A DNA stretch of 57,830 bases, counting the filler, from Sphacelaria rigidula (lineage: Eukaryota): the NCBI GenBank assembly GCA_964200075.2. It is 7 parts of 7 records of this genome, joined end to end, with 100 filler letters (N's around TTAATTAATTAA, not from the genome) between each part and the next. Parts side by side here need not be neighbours in the genome. Positions count along the whole stretch, not along the records: positions 16,553 to 24,728 come from CAXNAA020012018.1; positions 24,829 to 33,004 come from CAXNAA020012019.1; positions 33,105 to 41,280 come from CAXNAA020012020.1; 4 more parts are not named here. The stretch is one strand, 5' to 3'. Position 1 is the stretch's first letter. Every line of letters starts with the position of its first letter. Shown here piece after piece: positions 24,254 through 36,494 of the stretch. The notes beneath the pieces are model-generated. The model was not told the DNA's origin and made no database searches. It saw only the letters and a program-made list of their open reading frames with translations. The position numbers and the translations under genes are program-made.

Positions 24254-25167
24254 GTGAGGAAGTCAACTACCAGGCCCCTCGATGTATTCGTGAAGCAGAA
24301 CGGTCCGGATTTCACGTGCATACATGGGACCTGATATCATTTCTTGACGAAGACCGAGTTTTGTCCACATGTGTAAAATACTTGTATTCTACAATATCGC
24401 GAAAAGGACATGAAAAGTGTATCATGATCTACTACGATGGGTCACGAGATAGACTCCTGTAGTGTAGTAATAGAGGTATCTCGAACTCAAGATTCTCGCT
24501 ATATTTCACAGTAATTCACATTAAATTTATCTGGAATCTCGAGCTTGAGGCGCCTCTAATACATGAACGCTTAATTCTTGTCGCTTCATCCTGTTGGGTT
24601 TCTGGTACAGACAGTTGTTTGTTGTGGATGCTACGTACAGATGGCATATCCCATGTTTTCATGGTTGATTTTAGGACACTCTGAACATAATGTTCTGTTT
24701 TCCCTGATAGCGGTATGCCGTGTGTAGGNNNNNNNNNNNNNNNNNNNNNNNNNNNNNNNNNNNNNNNNNNNNTTAATTAATTAANNNNNNNNNNNNNNNN
24801 NNNNNNNNNNNNNNNNNNNNNNNNNNNNCAGCATCGTGGTGGTGAAGGTACCGTTCGATTTCGTGTTCTGGTGAAGAAACAGGGAAAAACCGGTTTCTGG
24901 ACACCATTTTTCGATTCTCCTCTTTCTCGACCACCCCTGAGGGGAGGGGGGGGTATAAACCGTTTTCCAGTCTGTAAGGCCCCTTGACTACTGCACTGTC
25001 TGCAGGCGCCTGTGTGATGACTCTCACAACTATGTGCCTTATATGCACCCCCGGACCCTTCCGCCGTAGAAAAGGCGTTTTGGTTTGTGTCAAAGGAATG
25101 ATTCTGAACCCAAAAAGTGTATAGTCTTACTCAGTCTTCCAGCGGGGGGATCGCTGTCCAAGGGTAA

Positions 25168-25261
25168 CTCCTAGACCGCGAGGTTAGTCTTATGTTGATT
25201 ATCAATTTCAAGTGAAAAAAAGTATGCATGATTCAGAAAGACTAATCTCGCGGTCCAAAGG
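25168..25261. mobile_element. piggyBac-like MITE copy
   Basis: Matches 14510-14607 (GACCGCGAGGTTAGTCT...AAGTGAAAAAAAGTATGCATG...CTCGCGGTCCAA). Confidence 0.75.
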
Positions 25262-25795
25262 TTGACGAATGATGTTGTGTGACTGTTGCATCCTCTGAAA
25301 AGTTGCGTTCGCACTTCGGTGATATGCCAAACATTGCATGCACACGAGCTCACGGCCATCCCATCTTCATACCCCGCGCGTTTTCCACCAGAAAAATACT
25401 CAACCTTTCGATTCAGACGTGCGCTGATTATGTAACGGGATCTCTGGAAGTCGAAAATCGTTCAGCTGCCATCCAGGACATCAGAAGAGCCACGCACAGA
25501 GGGACATGTTTCGATTCTCAATTGTCGACAATAAAACTGTTCTTCTGTATACAAAGACCAGTTGAATAAAGCGTGTCTCGGCGTATTTTTTTTGTTCAAG
25601 AAGTTCGGTGGAAAGCAAGATATCCGATGCAGTTTCATGTTTTGTGCAGATCGAAAACCCACGTCTGCAAACAGGTTCAGAAACGCGGTGGTTTTTGAAG
25701 TTGTGGTCAGTCCCACGTCCTCTCGAGGCCTCTTTACCAACTACTCGGAAAAAAAAGTTGACGCGAATAATGAGGTGCCTCCTACGTACCTTGAA

Positions 25796-25890
25796 CACTA
25801 ATCCTAACCCTGACCACGACAAAGGCATACCAAGAACCCTCGGGCGAGGGGGTGCAAGGTGCTCCTTAGGCACAGTGTGCGTTTCCGGAG
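25796..25890 (+). repeat. Dispersed repeat starting with telomere-like CCCTAA units
   Basis: CTAATCCTAACCCTGACC...AAGGCATACCAAGAACCCTCG matches 45643-45730. Confidence 0.65.
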
Positions 25891-26142
25891 CTCAAATAGA
25901 TTCTTTTCAGCAGATTTTGGAACAAAACACGTCCTGGACGAGCTGGGTCTACTGCTCACCACTGCTCACCTGCATCTGTTGGTGATTTCATCCATCGCCC
26001 CGACAAGCTTCGACTACCACTATTGTACTGTTACTGTTATTATGTGCGTCATATATCAGCAGCTGAATATAGGTACCGGTATGATTGTCCAAGGTGATCA
26101 AAGGAAGTGTGTTTTGTAATGCGGGGACCGCATCGGAATTCG

Positions 26143-26991
26143 AACACCCCTATGATTAGGATTAAGGTTAGGGTCAGCGGCGTAGTTCCTGCAGGGACTG
26201 GCCCGATTGTTTTTGAAAAAATTCGATCGTGAGGTGGTTTGAACTATTATGCGGTCCCGTCGGCACGCGGTCCTCTCGCGCACTACATGTTCAACAATCC
26301 CTGTGTCGCGGGATAGGGGTGAACAGAGCTGGTCATGGATGATGGCGTCCGCACCACATGCCCAGTACAGAGCACTGCGCAGATATCGGAACGGTTTTCA
26401 ATGTGAAGACAGCAACAATAAACGACAGCTACAACATCTAGAGGGAAAACACAACGACGTCGACTGCGGAGAAAATATGGGCGTTTGTACTGTACTGCAC
26501 CGCATATTGTACGGGAGTCTGCAGTAGCAGCCATGTGGACAAAAAATGAAATGTTCGGTTGAAATTACGTTCAGACTGTCCGGTTGGTAATTCGGGGTTA
26601 AGCAGTCATGTGAACAGAGAATGTTATAATGGGTTGAAGTCACATTTCAAGTATCCCGTTGGTGATTTTGATTTTATTACCGGCTATTGTGACTGCGTGC
26701 CCGTTTTCGACCAGGGAAAAAAGCGTGGTCCCTTCTTGGACACATCTCAAACTAAGGTTTTAGTTGTATTCGACTGTAATGTAGATGAACATATTACACC
26801 TCGAGGTTGACATTCCTCTGGTACAGGATTGAACGTGTAATGCGTGAGAGGACCGCGTGCCTAGAGGACAGCATCGTAGTTGCCAAACACCTCGGGGCCG
26901 ACGTTTTCCAAATCAATCGGGCCAGTCCCTGCAGGGACCATGCCCCTGACCTGACCGCAATTCTAAGCGTACTGCCAACCATAGGGGTGTT
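26143..26991. mobile_element. Foldback-like element with ~165-nt imperfect inverted arms
   Basis: 26143-26304 and 26823-26991 are reverse complements (AACACCCCTATG...CCTGCAGGGACTGGCCCGATTG...GGCACGCGGTCCTCTC). A related arm lies at ~29190-29330. Confidence 0.65.
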
Positions 26992-26994
26992 CAA

Positions 26995-27092
26995 CCCTCG
27001 GAACGCGAGATTAGTCTTTCCGGACCATGGATACTTTTTTTCACTCGAAATTGATGCCGATACAACAGAAGACTACCCTCGCGGTCCAAGGG
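26995..27092. mobile_element. piggyBac-like MITE copy, inverted
   Basis: Reverse complement of 14510-14607, flanked by TCAA on both sides. Confidence 0.75.
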
Positions 27093-28091
27093 TCAACGGT
27101 CCTACAAGCATGCGATCGTCCAATGCACTACATACAGAGAGTACAAAACTGAAATTTAGGGATCGGAAGAGATCAGGACCTGAACAAGGTCTAGGCGTGA
27201 TACATATTTTGGGCAGATTTTTCACAACTTACAGGCGACGCGGTCGTGGGGGGTCCTGCGAGTGCACCGCCTCAACTTGTGGGTGATCGACGCAATTGCT
27301 CCCTCTGTTCATCGCCGCGGTTCTCATGGACCGGCGTTTACGTTGACATTTTCGACTGCATTAGCCTTCTGGTGCACTGCAACTGGACAACCTATCCGAG
27401 CAATAGGTAGAGCTGTCCACGACCAGATTTGGCTGTCCTCAACGGAAAATGCGTCCGTGACCCGGGGGAGCGCCTAACCTGCCACACACGTGGCTGTTAT
27501 TTTCCATGGACATCGAAAGACACTGAAGTGGGGAACTGATCGTGGACTACCGTATACTCGATTACGGTATTTTTTGTTTGTTTAGCCCAGCTCCAACCCA
27601 TCCTCCACCTCGGGCAAATCACACATACATTTGTTTCAGCCTTGAGCAATGTTTCGTGGTACCGCAGCTCTGCCGTGAAAAGTACAGAGCGGTGTGGAAC
27701 ACTGTTGGGCACGGCATTCAGATTTGTGCGGTATGTTCATGGAAGAGCGCCGTGATGAACTGGCTCCCTAGAATCGATCGCCCGTCAGCGCATTGAGCAG
27801 AAGGCGTTTTGTGCCCTGAAACACGCTATACCTGAAAACAATTACACTGGTGAAGGGGAGAATACCCCGCACTGCGCATTGGATCACAGAAAATGCCGGA
27901 AACATGTGTATACACAGCTGGTCGACACACGCGCCATGATTCACGGACATCTTTGTTGGTGGAACACTGTGAGTCGTGAAGTCGCCCCAAGAGTGTGGTG
28001 CGTGCCAGACCTTTCCCGTTCTCAATGCGCGTAGAGAGATGACGGTAATCACTATGGCAGTGACGGCGAGCAAGTTGACCTGCTGATCTTA

Positions 28092-28186
28092 CTCTTAGAC
28101 CGCCATACGGGTAGTACATATTGATTATCGATACTTATTGAAGTGAAATTGATGCCAATTCACACCTACCCTCGCGGTTTCAAAAG
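28092..28186. mobile_element. piggyBac-like MITE copy, degenerate
   Basis: CTCTTAGACCGC...GAAATTGATGCCAATTCA...CCCTCGCGGT. Confidence 0.55.
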
Positions 28187-29550
28187 TTCCGATCACGGCT
28201 GGGTATTGCTGTGTATCGTAGAATGTCATCTATTTCAGGGGCAAGGTCTCGTAAATCTCAAACGTGCAGCACACATCAAGTAGGACATACAGTGTTTGCA
28301 AAATAATCCGCTTGAACAGCGTCGAGAACCAGGAACTTGGGCCCTGCCATCGCCTCCCTGCAATGTATCTCATACCTCACCTGGTTTCGACGACGCCGGA
28401 GTCAGTTCGTGCTTGGTTGCAGAAGATCAGTCACTTCCTCTGTTCTTTCGTGGTTGGTGGTCACGTAGTAGCTAGCTACTAGCGGGAGATGATTTTCGGG
28501 TAATATGGAATATGTTGCGGATTTTGCACCCTACTGGTGATTGTTTTACGGTGAAGATCGTATAATGAGACCCCCCGTGGGTGCACGTGCACCTGATGTA
28601 CTGTACTTGATTTCAGTAGCGGAGTCTTCGTGGAGTTGAGTTTACGCGAAGTGAGCAGACGTGATTGCCCCAGAAGCGATGATGCGGTCGCACACATAAA
28701 TGAAGGGTAGGATCTACTGTGCGCGAGAATGTCCCGCAGTAACACAGGAGTAGTGGTGCGTACCGGTGATTCCTAGCGATTGGCCACGTGATGATCCCAT
28801 TGATGCAAAAAGTACGAGATCACGGCAACCAGCTGACGAGATGCCCCCCCTACACCGCAGTACAGAGACACCAAGGGGGCACGGGAAAGCACAGGTTATT
28901 GCGGTAAGGAACATGCCGGTGAGGTTCGGTTTCCTCGTGAAACACGAAACTCCCCCGTAACACACACGGCTGTACTGTAAATAATGAATAATGCTGTTGT
29001 CGACTCGGGCCCACGCGCCTCACAAGCCCACCCAGCACGTATGTCTAACCTATTGTACGCAATACCGCGGGTTTCACATTTTTTTCGGGTGGAAATAGAT
29101 GGTGCCTCCTGGTGTTCATCCGTCTGAAAATACCACATATAGCTGTGGGCAGACATGAAAAAAATCCAGAAACTCTTTTGGTCTCGTTGTAATGCGTGCG
29201 CCGACCGGGTGCTTTATGGGCCGCATCGGAGTTCAAGATACCCCCGGACGGACTTTTGTCAAGACCCCTCGGGCCAGTCGCGGAAGGGCCAGTCGCTGAA
29301 GGGTCAGTCACTGCAGGGACCGCGACGCTGATTCGAGGTTAGTTCCAGTAGACCTGAGGATTTGTACGTAAGTTTGACGGGAAATAAATAAATTTCTAGC
29401 GGTTGTCATGCGTTTCGTAGCTCTCTACTTCCCGAATTCTCAAATAATTATTCCCAGATCACCGGGCTATTATTCTGCTGTCATTTTGAATGACCCCGGC
29501 GACCCCGGAGTGTGTTTTGTGCTCTCACTAAGTTGGTTCTGAAAGTTGGT

Positions 29551-29796
29551 TTGCTTCGGCTCAAGAATTCTGGTATTATGTGTTGTCCCGTTATTACGTA
29601 CGGCAGTGTCTCACTAGAATTACCGCAAATTAAGTGCCTGCAACCGAAAACAATTCGAACTCGACGCGGTATGAACTCGGTGCATTTTTTGTCCCCATCA
29701 ACTCATCAACCAATACATATTAATCAGGCTAACCCGAAAATCGACGCTGACGATCATGTTATCACTATCCCCTGCGGAGCTATCCACCTCTCCCCC
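29551..29796 (-). repeat. Split direct repeat B2 of the Ngaro-like element
   Basis: Direct repeat of 30175-30424 (TTGCTTCGGCTCAAGA...GGAGCTATCCACCTCTCCCCC) with scattered substitutions and indels. Confidence 0.9.
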
Positions 29797-30174
29797 TACT
29801 GTTACGGTAGAGCTACTCCGCACAGTCACCTATCCACTTTTTGCACCCTGGTTCCACCGTTTCTTGAGCGACGGGGCGGCGGGTGGGAAAGTCGATCGAT
29901 CCTCTGCGAAGCGCGCTAGTTCGTGCCTACTTCTCCCTACTTGTGCTGCTTGTACCAGTCGGCCGCTGCTAGATGAATGCTACTTGCTGCTGGTGATGGT
30001 ATCTGTACTCGTGTGTGCGGCAACCTAGCTGCGATGGCTAACTTTCCTACTGGCAGCGGCGCTGCAGCTGGGAAACAAGGACAGACACCGTACCGTTTTT
30101 CTGTACGTACGTCCCACATTGTCAGAATTCGTAAGCGCCTACGCAAACACCGCTTTCATACTGAACGCTACCTG

Positions 30175-30424
30175 TTGCTTCGGCTCAAGAGTTCTGGTAT
30201 TATGTGTTGTCCCGTTTTTACGTACGGCAGTGTCTCACTAGAATTACCGCAAATAAAAATGCCTGCACCCAAAAACCAATCGAACTCAATGCGGTATGCA
30301 CTCGGTGCATTTTTTGTCCCCATCAACTCATCAACCACTACATACTATTAATCAGGCTAACCCGAAAATCGACGCTGACGATTGTGTCATCACTATCCCC
30401 TGCGGAGCTATCCACCTCTCCCCC
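30175..30424 (-). repeat. Split direct repeat B1 of the Ngaro-like element
   Basis: Direct repeat of 29551-29796, beginning ~60 nt past the YR stop codon. Confidence 0.9.
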
Positions 30425-30483
30425 ATTAGGCGAGCCTGATTGACAGTCGAGTATCTTGTTAAGCCCTAACTTTGAACGTCTGG

Positions 30484-31677
30484 CTACCCTACGCGCTGTT
30501 TTCCTAGCGCTACGGAGACGCCCTCTGCGCCCTCCCCCGCCTCCCTGACGTAAACCATAAACGACCTCGACTTCCACCGTCCTGCTCGTTGAATCTGTAG
30601 TTCGGAGACTCCTCGAGCCGCTAGTTGCGTGGCCCCACCGATCCTGCCTGAGTGTAAGGCGTATTCGGACGGGTCTCTGCGCGCACGGCTGACCATGGTT
30701 CTTAACGCTGTTACTGCTTCAATCCGAGCAAAAGCCTTCCATCCTGTCGGCGTGGCTCTCGTGGTCAGGGGGGCGCGGCCTGGCAGTTGTGGGTGCACGT
30801 CCAACAAATCCAAAAGCGCCTCGAACGCGCCCGCCGGTACTCCGCCCGATCGCACCGAATCAATGATCTTTGTTCTCGTAATGATGCAACCTGTCCTTTT
30901 TTGATCGGATTTGGAGACAACGAAGTGAATCTTCACTTGGTTCGCAAACGCGCGGTTAGCAAAATCTAACTGTACGTCTTCCCGGAAAAAACTGATGCAA
31001 TTGCGGATGAGGCAGAATTCTGGGCGGACGGTACCGTCGGGGTGCGCCCACAACTCGGATGCCCTGCACAGCAAAAAATACGAGAGCGCAAGACCAAGCC
31101 ACATGACATGACCCCCGTCCAGGTCCTCGGTTATTATCTGTCGTCCTTGTTCTAGCAAATCCCAAGTCAACGGCCGCCTGATGTGCGGTTTTCCTTGAGT
31201 CGATGCGTGAGCTCTATCGATCCCTTTTCCTGCAGCCCTAATCCTGCCGTGCGTTGTAGGTAAGTCCCATCCGACATACACTTTATGGAAATACTTGATA
31301 GTGGCGAGGTAACCTCTTATGGTGAAGTGTTGGTTGTTGTGCACGAAACATCGCATAGCCATGAACTCGGTCAGTGCATTGATCACGTCGTCCGGTTCAT
31401 CGGTTTCAGTCAACCAGGGTGATTTTCCCTGTGCATAGCGCATCTTTTCCCACACTTCAAAACGCGCTTTATACGTCCTGTGGGTGCTACCCCCAACGCC
31501 CCCCAGTACCAGCGCTTGAACCAAACGCGCTACTTCCTCCCTGCTGTGCCCCCCGGTTTCTCCTGTTCCTGCGTTCAGGGGGGAGGGAGGAGGGGTGGGG
31601 GGTGAGGTTGGAGGGTGGCTTGATGTCTCATCCAGTGACCTCATGACCGTCTCTATCGTATGTAGGGCGGTGGTCAT
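30484..31677 (-). CDS. Tyrosine recombinase (phage-integrase family) of a DIRS/Ngaro retrotransposon, 397 aa
   Basis: The ORF is uninterrupted and has the full catalytic set: LCRASE (R), SKSDQ (K), HSGRIGGAT (HxxR), GRW (W) and FMVYVR (Y). Confidence 0.92.
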   Translation of the reverse strand: MTTALHTIETVMRSLDETSSHPPTSPPTPPPSPLNAGTGETGGHSREEVARLVQALVLGGVGGSTHRTYKARFEVWEKMRYAQGKSPWLTETDEPDDVINALTEFMAMRCFVHNNQHFTIRGYLATIKYFHKVYVGWDLPTTHGRIRAAGKGIDRAHASTQGKPHIRRPLTWDLLEQGRQIITEDLDGGHVMWLGLALSYFLLCRASELWAHPDGTVRPEFCLIRNCISFFREDVQLDFANRAFANQVKIHFVVSKSDQKRTGCIITRTKIIDSVRSGGVPAGAFEALLDLLDVHPQLPGRAPLTTRATPTGWKAFARIEAVTALRTMVSRARRDPSEYALHSGRIGGATQLAARGVSELQIQRAGRWKSRSFMVYVREAGEGAEGVSVALGKQRVG

Positions 31678-31797
31678 TTCTATATGTACTGTGCGTGACT
31701 CAGTACCTCATGTATAGATATTTTTATATACTTATGCCTGGGTTGTGGTTGGTTTCGATGACGGTACTTTTGTTTCGTTGTTCGAGTATTGCATCGT

Positions 31798-33004
31798 CAA
31801 CTCGGTTCCATCATGCGCGACCACAGCGTTTTGTCGTGTCGGACGGTGATATTCTTAGTTTTTGGGATGGTGTGGAAGATGCTCTCCCCCCGTGGACCGA
31901 TGGCTTTTTCTGACCAGTTATTATCGTGGGTGTGCTCCCTTACTCATCTGGCTAGCTCCGCCCGTGGCCAGGGTGAAATTCCATCCGCGAGTACGTTTTG
32001 AATCCCTTGAATGTGTTTCGCCTCGTAGCTCCACCCCCCCGTGATTTCCAGCCTCCCGAGGGTTCTCATGAGTAACCCTGCGCGTTTATCTTTTGCACCC
32101 CCGCACCGGTTGACCCACGTAACTGCCGCTACGTTGTCCCCGCGCATTAAGATTGGGTCGCCCTGATTTTAGGGTTTGTCGTTCACCAATTCGAGCATGA
32201 CCCAAGCGGTGACTACCATCCCCAGGAGTTTCAAGACGTTAATCGTAATCGTGCATGTTTCGCGAAGTTGAGCTTTACTTTTGAGTTCTGCGGTAAGTTC
32301 CGATGGTAAGTCGTATCTCCAGTATGTCTTTTTTTCTTGGCAGTAGCCGCCTACGACTTCAAAGCTTGCGCCCGAGAGGTAGTGTCGGTGGGGAGGTCGC
32401 TTTACTATGGAGTAGCAGGGTGCACTCAGAGACTCACCATGCTGCAGTAGTGGTTCCTCGATCGCCCACTTCCAAAAGCTCAGGTCGGCGTGAAATTCTT
32501 TTCCTACCTCTACTATGCGGCTCTGGTCGTCTCTCGCTCTAGAATCGTGGAGCCCCGCAAGTCGAAGAGTCCTCCATACGAAATATTCACCTGGGCGCAT
32601 TGCGTATGTGAGGTTACACAGCTTTCCTGCCAGGCTCAATATTTCTCGGGCAGTCGCTGAACGTCGAGTGGGGGGCCACTCGGTTAGCAACGTCTGTCGG
32701 AGCGCCTCGACCTTCTCGCGGGATATGGAAACCCGCATAGTGTGCGAGTTATTGGTCAGGCCCAACACTTCTATCTCGGTATCCCAGTCTGTACTCTTTT
32801 GGGGGGCTAGAATAAGTGTCTCGCCTTCTTCTCCGTTGCCGAAGAGTCTGACGTGGTCGGATGCGAGGGACGCGGGGGCGATCAATGCGCTCGTGTCGTC
32901 ATCGGAGTGCTGTACGCGAATCTGCAGGTAGTCGTCTACGTACACTGCCGTGAAGAAATTGTCATGTAAGCCTCCTGCTGGGTGTGGGGTGGTCGTAGAA
33001 TCTT
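31798..33004 (-). pseudogene. RT and RNase H of the Ngaro-like element, disrupted
   Basis: RT motif YVDD is present. RNase H motifs read YLSGAS (D to G), INVLKL (E to K), RGDN and NVLADGIS. In-frame stops occur at 32169-32171 (DKP*NQGDPILMRGDN) and 31944-31946. Confidence 0.88.
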
Positions 33005-33104
33005 NNNNNNNNNNNNNNNNNNNNNNNNNNNNNNNNNNNNNNNNNNNNTTAATTAATTAANNNNNNNNNNNNNNNNNNNNNNNNNNNNNNNNNNNNNNNN
33101 NNNN

Positions 33105-33168
33105 ATGAGATAAGGGGCTCCTAACAATTCTAACCTCAGAAATTATTTCTGTACTCCTACCGTAGCAT
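33105..33168. mobile_element. End of a MITE of the 23874/40841 family
   Basis: AACAATTCTAACCTCAGAAA...CCTACCGTAGCAT matches 41050-41093. Confidence 0.75.
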
Positions 33169-33346
33169 CACTCTGTCACGGTGGTGTTGACTCGAATCAG
33201 GAATATTTGGATCATGGGCGGGGGGATCAGTTAGTGTACTTTCAAGCGGAACATTGTCTTCGATTCCTACGTCGACTAGCGCATAGGGTGATGAGGCATC
33301 AGTGGGGACACCATCACTCGGGAAGGGGGCAAAGCCGAGGCTTCGA

Positions 33347-34837
33347 CTATGGGTGGAAAAGCGTGGATGGGATCGATCTTCTGGGGGCCTTGCGCCGTGG
33401 TGGTTGAGGGGGCGCAAGGAAAGTATCGCGAACCGGGATGGGAAGGTTTGGGCCGAAGACCGCCAGGGTGGCGGCCGTATCGGCGGCCCGCCGTCCCCGG
33501 GTTCTATTCGAGATGAGATCTCGATTTTGAACCGGGAGGACGAAGTCAGTAAAAGGCGGTCCTACATCTGTAGCACAAACCCTACGATGACTAGTTGCAC
33601 GGAAATGATCATACCCGCTCGGGTTTGTACTAGCTCCACTCCAAACTGAACACAACGATTGTGGTGGCATACTGCCTAGTGCAGAAGCGTGAGCTGTAGT
33701 CGTCAGCCTATCGATGACAACTTCCGAGTTGTTGCTCAGTGAGAGTGGTGTGTAAATTCCGCTATGACCGCTTTTGCTAATGAAATATATCATGTCTTCG
33801 GTGGGATCCGTAATACGTCCCGAGACAGAACTGTCGAGGTTTTCCAAAGACTCATTATCTGTATGAATCACGAACGGAATGTCATACAAGTACCGACGGA
33901 GACGTCTCACTCTCCAAACAACCGCGCCGGCCTCTTGCTCCATGACCGACCAGTTTCGTTCGTTTGGGTAGGTGGTTCGACTCCAGTATACAATGGGGCG
34001 AATATATTAGCATCTGGTTGTTGCTCCTCCAAGGTGACAAATTTAGATGAACCTGTGTGAGGTCGGAACGGACGTGAACCATTTTGAGCGGCCGACCAGT
34101 CTGGGAAGACCAAGATTGGTGGTCGCGAAAGCGTGTCAAGCAGTGTACATACTGTCTTCTCCATTTCCGACATGAACGCGAATTTCACTGTTTATTTTCT
34201 TCACAAAAGAGATGCGAGATTTCAAGATTTGGGCTAGGTTCGGCAAATACTGTCGGTAGCAGCTCAAACCGCCGAGCAAGGAGAGCAGTTGAGATGTATC
34301 CCGTGGCATGGGCACATCTGCAAGTGCAGCAACCTTGTTGAGGTTTGGACTACGACCATTAGGAGTGATACAGTGGCCCAAGAATTCGATGCTAGTCGCT
34401 CCAGCGCGGGATTTGGACGGGGCAAGTTTCAAGTTGTGCTGTTTGAAGAGAGCGAAGAAAGACGCCAAGTGCTCGGCATGTTCGGAAGTGTGCTACCATG
34501 TATTACCACATTGTCGGGGTACACATGGCACTCGGAGAATCCACCATTCATCAAAAACATCACACGTTAAAACGTCCCGAGGGCGGCGGCGGCACCTTGT
34601 GATCTTACCAGCCATTCGTAAGCCTGACTGTGTACATCACACCGTCAGTTCTTTAGATTGCGGGTCCATCACAAGTTGGTGGTAAGCTGACGCACTATTT
34701 TCGTCGTGAAAGGAGGTATCATCCATTATTGCAGTTCCACTGAATAGATTCGATCCAAATGCTGGCAAGAAATCTGTGGACAAATCGTGCTTGTGAGTGT
34801 GAGCGGCTGTGCTCAAATACACACGCTGATAATCCTT
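33347..34837 (-). pseudogene. Ty3/gypsy pol remnant (RT and RNase H)
   Basis: Motifs in order: SAYHQL, YEWLVRSQG, VYPDNVVI (decayed YxDD), LKLAPSK, IEFLGH, LLGGLSCYR, PPILVFPDW, EQEAGAVVW..RRLRRYL, FVIHTD. Several frameshifts and stops. Confidence 0.88.
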
Positions 34838-35322
34838 CACACCCTGGACAATACAATATGTTTCCAATACATTTTAGTCGATCATATTGAAATTTTGCAA
34901 TATATTGCCGGCGTAATATATATTTTGGTACCCTTGGACTGCACACGTATTGCGCGCCCAATATATATATTGATGTCGTGGGACTGCATACATATTGCCC
35001 GCCCAATATATATTGGTAATGTGGAGTTGAACACATATTGTCCCATCAATATAAATTGGGGCAGCGTGGGCGACAGCATATTGCACGGCCAATATATATT
35101 AGGGTCGCATTGATGAAAACATATTGACCAGTCAATATATATATTGGGTCTGCGTGGGTGCCAATGTATTGGCCGGTCAATATATATTGGATATTATAAA
35201 GTGTACGCTTTAAGAAAGATCCAGGCGCGATGGATGCCGGAGCCTGTGCAGATTGGGAAAGCTTCACTAGGACCCCGCAGAAGTTCGCGTGCATTACTGC
35301 GGAGAGTTGTCGAATGCGTTTG

Positions 35323-35355
<33 letters not shown>

Positions 35356-36494
35356 CTGTCCAGAAAATATGATGACAGAAGAGTCGACCCGGTATATATG
35401 CCTCCTGATACCTATCTGGCCACCGGTGCGGGGCCGCCCATTCCCTTCCCAGCATGTAATAAGTATATCCTGGCTAAACATCACGATGACAGAAAACGCG
35501 GGTCGATATGCGCCTTATGGTACCCCTGTGATAACCGCGACCGTGTTGCTTATACTCTGGACAATACAATATGTTCCAACATGATATCAATATTTTGTAT
35601 TGGAGCCAGCTTAAATATTATCCTTTCAATATACATTGTGCTGAGATGTCTTCAGAGACATTGAAGCAACAACATATATTGCTCGTGTCATGATAATACA
35701 GTAATGTATGACAATATATATTGAACATGCGTTTGCCCTGGGATAAACATTCAATATATATTGTGCATGCCGACCGTGTATGTATTGAAGGGTCAATATA
35801 TATTGAGTCGGAGAGAAGCGTGGCATATTGTTACCATATTATACATTTAACGCAAACCATGCAAAAGTATTGCTTTTTCAATATATATATTGTGCACGCT
35901 CATCGTATAGCTATTGTGCAGCCAATATATATTGAACACGCTTGCGGAAGAATATTTTCAGCGTTTTCGGCACGTGGTGATACATCTTTCAATGGCGTCC
36001 GCGAACATAGAGTTGCCCACCATACTAATTCCAACACGCTTTCCAATCTACATGTTGAAAATCACAACATATCGCTACAACAATGTGTATTGTGACCGTC
36101 GGTTCTCTCGTGTACTGTCCGCCCAATATATATTGGACGCATTGACGTACGACATATTAGTCCGGCAATATATACTGGCGCTTCGGGTGTTGAGTATATT
36201 TAGTCATCAATATATATTGGCCTCGTGTGGCAGCCAATATATTACTCGGCCAATATATATTGGTGCCTCCTCGCACCAACATATTACTCGGCCAATATAT
36301 ATTAAGGTGGCGCGTGTCGTGATATTTTGTTCGGTCGATATATGTTGCACGTCGCGAGCCTCGACATATTGATGGCACAATATATATCGACCCTCTCGTG
36401 CCATCATATTGCTCGTCCGATATATATAGACCACCCGATGCGTCGGCCAATTGAGCAGGCAATATATGTTACATATTGTATTGTCCAGGATGTG
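34838..36494. mobile_element. 1.66-kb non-autonomous TIR DNA transposon (hAT-like) with arrays of CAATATATATTG
   Basis: The 24-bp TIR CACA(C/T)CCTGGACAATACAATATGT matches at 23 of 24 positions. The 8-bp TSD TAATCCTT lies at 34830-34837 and 36495-36502. There is no transposase ORF. Confidence 0.88.

Larger units (their letters stand above)
29551..33004 (-). mobile_element. Ngaro-like (DIRS order) tyrosine-recombinase retrotransposon, 3' part; the 5' part is cut by the segment boundary
   Basis: The order is RT, RNase H, YR, then repeat B1, a unique ~380-nt spacer and repeat B2. There is no room for a methyltransferase domain between RNase H and YR. Confidence 0.85.

Noticed and set aside
28285..28440. 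Possible small minus-strand exons with gtgagg and gtatgt donors
   Set aside because: No consistent reading frame or recognisable product, and the implied intron is too short.
29512..30443. Paired plus-strand ORFs containing LRLKxSGIMCCPV
   Set aside because: They are translations of the non-coding B repeats of the Ngaro-like element.
24829..33004. Ngaro element as an insertion inside the GST gene
   Set aside because: It lies in a different artificial segment, and no GST C-terminal exons were found downstream.
32169..34837. A single hybrid element joining gypsy RT and DIRS RT/YR
   Set aside because: The two RTs are separated by the 33005-33104 linker and a MITE end, and belong to different segments.
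34860..36470. CRISPR-like repeat-spacer array
   Set aside because: The repeats are only ~12 nt, degenerate and irregularly spaced. They lie inside a TIR/TSD-bounded transposon in eukaryotic DNA with no cas genes.
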